A stretch of DNA of 64,000 bases, from positions 245,392-309,391 of the forward strand of contig BCKQ01000001.1 in NCBI GenBank assembly GCA_001600695.1. Reading direction: 5' to 3'. The notes beneath the pieces are model-generated. The model was not told the origin of the DNA. It ran no database searches and was given only the letters and a program-made list of their open reading frames with translations. This document shows, in pieces, positions 55,801 through 64,000 of this stretch (the first letter of the stretch is position 1; each line of letters opens with the position of its first letter). Position numbers and translations under genes: made by a program. This DNA comes from Ascoidea asiatica JCM 7603. Taxonomy: Eukaryota > Fungi > Ascomycota.

Positions 55801-56455
55801 AAGAAATTGGTCGAGATCATTATCTAGGTCAAGATCTAATTCTAAATCTAGATCAAGAACATCATCTGTTGAAAGAGAAAAAGAAAGAGAAAGATTTAAT
55901 AAAAGGAGCAGATCTCGATCTAAATCTTTTGACAATAAAAAAAAAAGATATGAGAATCGAACATCTGATAATCGAAGGTTTGATAATAAAAGGTATGATA
56001 ATAGAAGATATGATAATAGAAGAGAAAAAGAATGGTCGAGATCAAGAAGTCCGTCAAGAAGTCCGGTCGAAGGAAATTCCAAAAGGTATGATAGAACAGA
56101 TAGATATGATAGGTATGAGAGATCTGACAGATACGATAGAAATGATAGATTCGATAGATATGATAGATACGATAGAAGATATGAAGATAAAAATCGATAC
56201 AGACATAGATATGATAACAGATATGAGGAAAGATATGATGATAGATCTAAAGATAGATATAAGGGTATATCTAAGGATCGAAATGAAAGAAGCTATAGAA
56301 AAAAAGATCCGGATTTCGATGAAAGAGAAGATATTACTAAAGATAAAGCTAAAGATAAAGAAGAATTCAAAGAAAGAGATAGATACAGAGATGATAATTT
56401 AATTGATAGAGGAAGATCAGAAACTAGACGAAGAAAATATCAAAAGAAAGATTAA
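52898..56455 (+). CDS. CWC22: Pre-mRNA splicing factor Cwc22 (MIF4G + MI domains, RS/RD tail)
   Basis: First ATG at 52898. LNSKLPKIGELLIIRL, FQRDIYLSMKSS...EAVHKI, CSQEKTY..YYG, LRNIGKIWGH, FSINYFTAIGLGALTEKMR. Confidence 0.88.
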   Translation: MDNQPIPSNQVEIPRIKPSENLVDPKESKELNTSNKSNKINELIEKRQKEKRISFLKEKKSFLEKQLKSLSNSKKFVPTVKLNQLKTEILEVEKSLEIEQNNNKNNENNKEIDKYSSIEFQKLNWKQNQKKIISLLNRLNLSNLQNISIELFKINLNKFKGILIKNIIEFQSQSNSIKSTQIFSSLISILNSKLPKIGELLIIRLLLNFIKNFKILLKFPQNVFDVNENEYINKIKLNLNINLLFIGNLFNFDIINANLILQILKILFNNNMSLKKNFNLLEISLNFLKNISNYLYNYNYKFNNNNKYEIINYFSNLFNYLQKTYLLNSLNSINSNKKIQFLIEDLFIQRKFKFNKSPRFYNNDLDLIEDDDKFIHDKFKLIFNFNDLNNNLLNNLPNNLIVLKLNNSIVNPKNNLNLFKFDPNFKKNDEDYNNFKYEILGTDDELESEEENQNQNQNQNQNKDDMNKDKKSGEETTNNIQETEIKNEKEIIEDLTETENLNFQRDIYLSMKSSIRADEAVHKIFKIINSNNKYNFNDDINKFNKKKLLKYKIIDVIIKTCSQEKTYSEYYGNILQKFILVNNYNKENELILLDYFKKFLNDSIISLSSNNNSQSEAGRSNRYNNSNNNILRNIGKIWGHIFSSDIIEWKEFFKEIKIDESSDSRMSLIRIFIRYLFEEIVEEKGIKILKERFFNEEKEEKEENEEKNKKGKLNKNNELIKSIDGLFPYIEKENINYDNIDEVINRLVFSINYFTAIGLGALTEKMRIEMKELQELREEMESEEEEDDDNDDDDDDDQEEEEERGEEEYQEKRENKLEKEENNNKYSSELSDDESDSSLYQSNRIRPLTRSESPLEEEKHEKVNEEENEEEIRNKRREILKERYRRELEINKSKSKDYNKDSELIRKERDEREEREEKENRMRKRLKELKEKRRKQEHDEEEVKTNDEIQIRSRSISRGKSENRSRSKRNWSRSLSRSRSNSKSRSRTSSVEREKERERFNKRSRSRSKSFDNKKKRYENRTSDNRRFDNKRYDNRRYDNRREKEWSRSRSPSRSPVEGNSKRYDRTDRYDRYERSDRYDRNDRFDRYDRYDRRYEDKNRYRHRYDNRYEERYDDRSKDRYKGISKDRNERSYRKKDPDFDEREDITKDKAKDKEEFKERDRYRDDNLIDRGRSETRRRKYQKKD

Positions 56456-57501
56456 GAGTGACGAGCATTAGTTTGTAATTGAAAGTCTGTATTCATGTTT
56501 GTACTATAAAATAAAATAATTTTTAAAAGCATCAGAAACAGCAGAAACAGCAAAAACAGCTGAAATTACTGAAATATAAGCAAAATACAGGTCAGACCAT
56601 GGCGTATTATCTAGGACACAAAATATCACGTGTTTAAATTACAAAGAGACCATATATCTGGGTAGCACGTGTTAGCTTGAAGACTTGTTTGTGGTTTGCA
56701 GTATTAAACGTGAGAGTACATGAGCACGGTGAACGCGGAGTTTCCAGCGTTTTAAAACAGATTTGCTCTGGGGGAGCTGGAGATTTCTGGAGGGTTCTGG
56801 AGAGTTCCGGCGGAGGTCCGCTGATTCTGGCGGACGAGGAGCAAAAACGAAATGCAAATTACAAACCCAGAGAGGTCTGAACGCTGCTGAGCTCTCCCGC
56901 CCGGTCCAAACAGACTCAAATCTCTCTTCTTTCTTCACTGCCACTTCATCCAACTCAATTCCCTGTTTCTCAGCTGCTCGAATAGAATAAAATATATTAA
57001 CTAAATATATTGTATTAAATAAAAAATATATCTATTATATCAAATATATATCAATTATTTACTCAATCAGGTATTGAAACAGACTTAAAACCATATTAAA
57101 ATACTTATCAAACTACTTATCAGATTGAATCAGACTCCTTCAGAATACATCAATATATATCAAAATTTATCAAAAATATAATTTGAAAGATTATCAATAT
57201 TTAACTTGCAGAATTTATCCTTTAATCATACGATCAATAATACTTTAATATTCCTAAAATTTTATTACTAAATTTATTCCTCCACTTTCTAAATTTAATT
57301 GACACTCTATCAGTTTTTCATTAAATATTTCAATCTAAGTTAAATTAATATATTAGACATTGGTTAATTGTTATAATACACATACTGTTATCTATATATA
57401 TTATTATTTTCTAATCTATTTTATCTTTATCATTTTATTTATTCATATATCAATATATTAATACACTAATATATCAATATATTATTATTTATATACACAA
57501 A

Positions 57502-59544
57502 ATGTCTAATCAAAATTCAAATAATTCTTCAAGACATGCTTCTGTTTATGATATTATAACAGATTCAGTTTCTCAATCTCAACCTCAATCACAATCCCAA
57601 TCTCAATCTCAACCTTCAAATGATGATTTAAATGATTCTGCTTTGATCTCTGATGATAACGCTTCAATATCAACAACTTCCTCTTCTCAAAATATTAATT
57701 CTAATTCAAATATACCTCCTCAATCAATATCTTCAAATATATCCTCAAATATATCTCCAAGTATATCCTCTTCAAATAATCCTTCAAGATCCCATTCAAT
57801 TCAAAATAATCATTCTTCCCATCTTTCTTCACATTCCACTTTATCAAATCATCATTCTCATATTAATAGTAAACAATTTCAACAACAACCTCTAATAACT
57901 TCAAGAGATTGGCAAGATGTTAAATTAATTCATCTTGTTGAACAGGCAAAATTAATCTTTATTAAATCTGATATTTCTGTTGAAGAAGCTTTTAAAACTT
58001 TAATTAATCATAATTTGACTTCATTACCTGTTGAACAAATTGATGAAGAAACTAATTTACCCAAAGATTCTGAAACAACTTTTGATTATACTGATTTAAA
58101 TACTTATTTATTATTTGTCTTAGGTAAAATTAAATTAGATTCTCCACCTTCTCCATCTATTCAATCTTCAACAGAATCTTCTATATCTTTAACATCTTCA
58201 GCATCTTCAACATCTTCCAACTCCAACTCCAATTCCAGTTCCAGTTCTATTCCTACTTCTGTTCCTCAATCTTATAATCTTAATCATAATCTTAATATTA
58301 ATAACTCTGATCAAATTTCAAAACAATTATTTCTTAAAGCTCAAAAAGGTTATCAATTACCTGTTAATTTTGTTTGTCAATTAGCTCAAAAAAATCAATT
58401 TATTAAATTAAATGAAAATACTAAAAATTTATCTGATGTTGTAGAAATTTTAGGTTCTGGTGTACATAGAATTGCAATTGTTAATTCAAATAATAAAATT
58501 ACTGGAATTTTATCACAAAGAAGATTAATTAAATATATTTGGGAAAATTATTCGATTAAAAGAAATTTTCCTTCTTTAGATTATATTTTTCAATTATCTT
58601 TAAATGATTTAAATATTGGTTCTAATTTTGTTATTTCAATAAATGGTGATCAACCTTTAATTGATGCTTTAATTAAAATGCATATTGATAAAATCTCTTC
58701 AATAGCTGTTGTTGATAGATCAAATAATTTATTAGGTAATATTTCTGTAACTGATGTTAAACATGTTACCATGGGTTCTCAATCAAGATTATTATATAAA
58801 TCTTGTTTACATTTTATTTCAGTTATTTTAAATTCAAGAGGTTTAGAAGATGGTAAAGATTCTTATCCTGTATTTCATGTAACAAGATCAAATTCTTTAG
58901 GTAAAGTTATTGCAAAATTAGTTGCAACTAAAGCTCATAGATTATGGATTGTACAACCTTCTCATCATTCAAATTCTTTTTCAAATCAATCAACTTCTTC
59001 AAATAATTCAAATAATATTAATATTAATATAAATAATTCAAATATACCCTCAATTATAAATTCAAATCAAGAAATAGATCCAGTTTCTTCAGATCTTTCA
59101 ATAAATCCAATAAATACTGCTACAATTGCTGCAAATTCAATTCCTTTACATTCTCCATTATCTCAAACAACAAGTGCTTCTTCATCATCTTCTTCTCTTT
59201 CAAACTTAAATTCAAATTCAAGTTCTAACTTAAATTTGATTCATTCTCATTCTCATCCTCATTCCCATAATCATGTTCATAATCATAATCATAATCATTC
59301 AGCAACTTCTTCAAATCCACCAGTTCCAATAAAACCATCTTTAATTAGTTCAGAATATGAAGGTAAAGCAGGAAAATTAATTGGTGTTGTTTCAGTAACT
59401 GATATTCTTGGTTTATTAGCAAGAGCTTCTTCAAATAAACTTATTGATCCAACAACTGCAAGAAAACAAAGAAGAAGATCTTCAAGTAGCGCAAGTATTT
59501 TATCTCAAGCTCATTCAATTAAATTAGAACCTTTCGAAAAATAA
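57502..59544 (+). CDS. SDS23: CBS-domain protein Sds23/Sds24
   Basis: DWQDVKL..LVE, SVEEAF..L..HNLTSLPV, TFDYTDLNTYL, ILGSGVHRIAI, GILSQRRLIKYIWEN, GNISVTDVK, AKLVATKAHRLWIV, GKLIGVVSVTDIL. Confidence 0.9.
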   Translation: MSNQNSNNSSRHASVYDIITDSVSQSQPQSQSQSQSQPSNDDLNDSALISDDNASISTTSSSQNINSNSNIPPQSISSNISSNISPSISSSNNPSRSHSIQNNHSSHLSSHSTLSNHHSHINSKQFQQQPLITSRDWQDVKLIHLVEQAKLIFIKSDISVEEAFKTLINHNLTSLPVEQIDEETNLPKDSETTFDYTDLNTYLLFVLGKIKLDSPPSPSIQSSTESSISLTSSASSTSSNSNSNSSSSSIPTSVPQSYNLNHNLNINNSDQISKQLFLKAQKGYQLPVNFVCQLAQKNQFIKLNENTKNLSDVVEILGSGVHRIAIVNSNNKITGILSQRRLIKYIWENYSIKRNFPSLDYIFQLSLNDLNIGSNFVISINGDQPLIDALIKMHIDKISSIAVVDRSNNLLGNISVTDVKHVTMGSQSRLLYKSCLHFISVILNSRGLEDGKDSYPVFHVTRSNSLGKVIAKLVATKAHRLWIVQPSHHSNSFSNQSTSSNNSNNINININNSNIPSIINSNQEIDPVSSDLSINPINTATIAANSIPLHSPLSQTTSASSSSSSLSNLNSNSSSNLNLIHSHSHPHSHNHVHNHNHNHSATSSNPPVPIKPSLISSEYEGKAGKLIGVVSVTDILGLLARASSNKLIDPTTARKQRRRSSSSASILSQAHSIKLEPFEK

Positions 59545-60296
59545 TCAATCAATATTATAATCACCATTAAATTTATTATCATAAAATTCAAATATTTTTT
59601 TTTTTTTTTTCTGTTCTTTAGTAAAACTTTTTTTTTCTTTTTTTTTAAAAATTTATTTAATCATTATTTCTATTCAACTTTAACTTTGACTTAACCTTTA
59701 GTTTAACTTTTTTTTAATAATCTTATAATTATTCTCTTTCATTTTATTTTATAAGTAATAAATTAATAAAAGCAATATTAAAAAGTAGAAATTTTTTCAA
59801 TCAGTATCAATGAATTATAAATTATAAATCTTTAATTATGGGACATTATTTGAATTTTTGTCCCAAATCTGCAAAACTGATTAAAGTTTAATTTAAATGT
59901 GTTCCAACGTAGAAAAATGTAAGTGCATGTATAAAATTTTTACCATGCTTGCGGGTTTTATCACCAGCCTTTAAATGCTCAGCCGTATACGTGGCGTCTG
60001 AAACTTTACTCCACAAAAAATATTTTGATAAAATCAGAAACAATCTACTTGATATGATTTTAATCTTATTTATCGAAAATTATTAATTTAAATGATTCAG
60101 TTAAATGATTCATATAATTTTTTATTATATAGAAAAACTGGAAAAAGAAAATAAAGCTAATAGAGAAAAAGAAAAATTATGATAAAAATTTATTTTGAAA
60201 AAAAAAATGAAAACAAATTATCATAATTTTTATTTTTTAAAATATTGAAAGAAATATAAAAAATGAATTTTAAACTTAAAGAATTGAAAAGTAAAA

Positions 60297-61970
60297 TTAA
60301 GCTAACCAAAACCAGAGTTTTTCCCACATAGTTTTAGGAACACGTTGTTCATAATGCTTTTCTTCTTCTTCAACAGCTTCTAATCCTGTAAAAACATCAA
60401 TTTCATCAACTTTTTTATAAAATTTTAAACTTCTTTGATAACAAAATTTATGTCCTAACCATAATACTAAAAATATTGGAATAGTTATATAAGCTGCAAC
60501 AAAATCAGATGCATTCCAATTACTTGGAAAAAATACCGCATATCCATTAACTAATGAAAGAATTGAAACAAAGGCCATGGCAAAATAAGTATTATAAGGT
60601 TGAAGTATAGTTTTATATGGAACTCTATCCCATAAACCATTAAATTTAACTGCTTTTCTCCATCTAATATATGTTATAGTTATAACAAGCCAATTAATAA
60701 AACCAGAAACTGTTGTAATATTACTTAACCAAGTAAAAACATCACTAGCAGAATTAGAGCAATTAAGATATGCTAACATTGAAACTGCAGCTGTTGCAAT
60801 TACTGACCAATATGGAACACCATATCTATTACAATTACCAAAAAATTTTGGTGCATCACCTTGTTTTGCCATTGCAAATAAACAACGAGTAGCTGATAAA
60901 AATAATGAATTACCTGCACTCCAAGCACTAGTTAAAATAACTGCATTAACAATATGATCTAAAGCTGGAATTCCTGCATTTTTAATACCAACAACAAATG
61001 GTGAAGCTGCTGCATTACTTTGACCAGCATTAATAGCTGCTAATAATCTTTCATCATCAGAAGCAACAATTACACTAATAACAAGAGATCCTAAAATATA
61101 AAAACAAAGAACTCTGTAAATAAATCTAGAAGTTGCTTTCTTAATATTTCTACGAGGATCTTTACTTTCTCCACTACCAGAAATTGCAATTAATTCAGGA
61201 CTTAAAATAAATGCAAAACCAGATTTAACAAGAGCCGTAATAAAACCTAAGAATTTACCTGTATTTCCAGGTTTTATATGAGCTTTAAAAGCTCCTGGAT
61301 GTTGCCAATATCTAAAACCTAATCTATCATGATTTGGTCCACCACCAAAAAATAAAACAATTCCAAGAATAATTAAACCAATAATTGCAATAACTTTTAT
61401 TGAACCAAACCAAAATTCCAATTCACCATAAATTCCAACTGCAAAACAATTTAATCCAATTATAACAATTGTTAAAATTGTTATCCAAACTGCTATATTT
61501 ACATCATCTGTCCAATATTCAATAATAAAACCACCAGCAGTTGTTTCAGCTGCTACAACAATTGCATAAGTATACCAATAATTCCAACCAGTTGCAAAAG
61601 CTAATGAACGATCAACATATCTATCAACATAACCAGAAATTGCCATACCTTTTAATGGTAAAAATACAACCATTTCACCTAAATCATTCATAATTGTCCA
61701 CATAACAAAAGAAATTATACAATATGATAAAAATAAACTTGCAGGACCACTATTTGAAAGAGAAGCACCAGAACCAATAAATAAACCAGTTCCTATACAA
61801 CCAGAAATTGCAATAATTTGAACATGTCTTGATTTTAAACCACGATGAACATTATTCTCTTCACTTTCATCAAAGATTACATCATCAACAACTCCAACTT
61901 TTGTTGATTTAACTGATTCAACACTTTGAATTTTATTACCTTTTTCAATATCACTTATTGAATCACTCAT
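60297..61970 (-). CDS. PUT4: Amino-acid permease (YAT family), proline permease-like
   Basis: First ATG at 61970. RGLKSRHVQIIAISGCIGTGLFIG, GGGPNHDRLGFRYWQHPGAF, AFILSPEL, ILTSAWSAGNS. Confidence 0.8.
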   Translation of the reverse strand: MSDSISDIEKGNKIQSVESVKSTKVGVVDDVIFDESEENNVHRGLKSRHVQIIAISGCIGTGLFIGSGASLSNSGPASLFLSYCIISFVMWTIMNDLGEMVVFLPLKGMAISGYVDRYVDRSLAFATGWNYWYTYAIVVAAETTAGGFIIEYWTDDVNIAVWITILTIVIIGLNCFAVGIYGELEFWFGSIKVIAIIGLIILGIVLFFGGGPNHDRLGFRYWQHPGAFKAHIKPGNTGKFLGFITALVKSGFAFILSPELIAISGSGESKDPRRNIKKATSRFIYRVLCFYILGSLVISVIVASDDERLLAAINAGQSNAAASPFVVGIKNAGIPALDHIVNAVILTSAWSAGNSLFLSATRCLFAMAKQGDAPKFFGNCNRYGVPYWSVIATAAVSMLAYLNCSNSASDVFTWLSNITTVSGFINWLVITITYIRWRKAVKFNGLWDRVPYKTILQPYNTYFAMAFVSILSLVNGYAVFFPSNWNASDFVAAYITIPIFLVLWLGHKFCYQRSLKFYKKVDEIDVFTGLEAVEEEEKHYEQRVPKTMWEKLWFWLA

Positions 61971-62091
61971 TTTGAATAATGAAAATAAATTGAGTTTTTT
62001 AAATTCACTTTTAGTTTTACTTTCTTGTGTTTCTTTTTTATCGATAAAACTTATAATCAAAGATTATTTATTGATTTAAAATCTAAAAATT

Positions 62092-63287
62092 GATAAGTAC
62101 AATAGATAAGAATGTTTTGATAAGAAAAGAAAATATTAATCAATTTGAAATAAAATAAATTTGAAGGATCTGAGATTATATTTATAATAAAATGATTTTT
62201 GAAATAGATTTATTTTGATTGAATATCTTCATTGTAATTAATTGATATTGAAAAAGTATTCATATAACTTTAACTTTTAGATAAATGTGAAAAAAAAAAA
62301 ATTTGAATATAAATTTTTATATTAATATTAAGCTATAAGCTAATTATATTTTTTCAGATAACTTAAATTATGAGTTTCAAATTATCCTTTGGATAGCTAG
62401 TATAAAAAAATATTGATAATGTTCGAACTTAATTACGATAAACCAAAGATCAATTTTAAAAAATTAAGGGTGGCATTGATAAGAGCATTAGGTAAATACT
62501 GATGTAAAGACCATTACATATACATTTATAAGTTTAAATAGGTAGATAGTAGTATAAATATTTGAGCTGATAAGAGAAAAAAAGAATTTACTAGAGTATG
62601 GTTAGTATTATTAGTAAATTTGGGATAAGGGGACTTTTTTTTAAAACTTTGTAAAAAAAAACTGATTTAAATTTGGAATTTGAATTAATTGTAATTTAAA
62701 AATTGTTTATCAGGAATGGCATTATCGTAAATATGCAAAGAAACAAATCATATCAAACCAAATCAAATGGACCTCAATTGATATTTTTGAATTCAATTCC
62801 TTTTTTTTGGGATTTAAACCAGATATGTTGATTTACTATTAAATTATAATATTGATCATGATAGTGATTATGATAGGGATTATGTTAGTGATTAGAGAAC
62901 GATTGTCAAAATAAATAATACTATAATAAAAGACTCAAAGGTTCATTTTTAACATAATAAAGCAAAGTTTTCAATAAAAAACAAGGAGTTGATGTATTCA
63001 AAACCATACTGAAAGCCACAAAATATATCCCAAATTGTTGTAACTTGATAGATAGATCAGCCAAACATGTTCATAATTTTGAAAACTTGTAAAAAAAAAA
63101 ACAGTTATTTTTCTATAAATGAACAAACCAAAGAAAAAAAAGTTTCTTTCGTGTAGTTGATATGTATGTAGCATGAGTTTTGTAGTTGTGAGAAGGATAA
63201 CATTTGATAATATTTAGTAGATTAATTTTAGTTAAAGTTTGTTTTTTTAGTGTGTAAATTGTCTTTAATTAGTGTCAAATTGATAAG
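62092..63287. promoter_or_regulatory. GATAAG cluster (Gln3/Gat1-type nitrogen regulation) upstream of the permease
   Basis: GATAAG at 62092, 62105, 62119, 62478, 62569, 62624 and 63282. Confidence 0.6.
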
Positions 63288-64000
63288 GTTAAAGCAAGAA
63301 TCGATTGATAAATGCAAAAATATCAAACTTGGACAATTGTTTTCAATAGTTTTTAATAGAAGATTTTGAAAACTTTGAAAAAAAAGCCCTGTATTATTTA
63401 TTAAGTCTATTAACTCTAATTAAAAGTTAAGAGCTTTAAATAAAATTATGCACTAAATTCAAGATAAAGAAGAGGAAAAAGAAATAATAAATAATATAAT
63501 TAATTTAGAGCTTAAGCTAGTAATATACTTAAATAGTTATTAATTTGATTCCTAAAAAGATGTTGAAAGTTGAAGAACTCTCCTAAAATTACCATTACTG
63601 AGATTAAAAGTGGATGTTGTACAGTATATTTTCTCGATATCTGAAGGGAAATTTTATTGAGTATATATGAATACGATTATTATGGTTCATATCATTTAGT
63701 TCGATTATTTAATAGTAGCTTATCGGTTTGAATTTAATGATAATACTTTTTAGGAAATGTATGGCAACTTGGATAATTCAAAAAGAGCCTTAATTTTAAA
63801 TATTTTATTTATTTTCATTCAACAATACAATTTCGATATTTCAATTTCGATTATAATTTCAATTTTAATGAAAAATAGATATAATTAAGGGTTTTATGAA
63901 ATAATTCAATTTACTTAAACTAAATTAATTAAATTCTTTTTTTTTTTAAGTTCTTTTTTTATTTCACAGCCATGGAATAAAAAGGCAAAATAATTTAATA

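Noticed and set aside
55744-56402. 112-aa and 177-aa overlapping ORFs
   Set aside because: Alternative frames of the repetitive CWC22 RS/RD tail.
62591-62607. Minus-strand TACTAAC...TAG upstream of PUT4
   Set aside because: Over 600 nt from the ATG, among GATA sites, with no convincing GTATGT donor.
1-64000. CUG codon reassignment, and intact transposons, MAT idiomorphs or CRISPR arrays
   Set aside because: Too few CTG codons at alignable positions to infer the genetic code. No RT/integrase/transposase, MAT homeobox/HMG genes or spacer arrays were seen.

Overview
Very AT-rich budding-yeast (Saccharomycotina) nuclear DNA: one intron has canonical GTATGT/TACTAAC/TAG signals, and a complex I accessory subunit is present, so this is not Saccharomyces. 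About 25 mostly housekeeping genes lie in this order: TOM20 (partial), SBA1 (intron missed by the ORF track), NUZM-type complex I subunit, AAH1, hexose-6-P epimerase, MCH1-like MFS, two orphan ORFs, MYO2, SNC, DRS2, a Ser-rich orphan, sHSP copy 1, FMP32, STE3, tRNA-Arg(ACG), TMEM205-like, Bul1-like, sHSP copy 2, CDC11, EamA transporter, GH17 glucanase, WAPL/RAD61-like, CWC22, SDS23, PUT4. The most striking structure is a pair of apparently identical ~949-bp direct repeats (small heat-shock gene plus proximal promoter), 10,538 bp apart. They bracket a cassette carrying the a-factor receptor STE3, whose promoter has a recognisable Mcm1/alpha1 (P'Q) box. Other leads are GC-rich intergenic islands (two rich in nested stems, candidate ncRNAs), an orphan Zn-finger/coiled-coil gene, a dense S/T-P-x-K array in WAPL and an RS tail on Cwc22. 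All gene identities come from motif recognition, not database searches.
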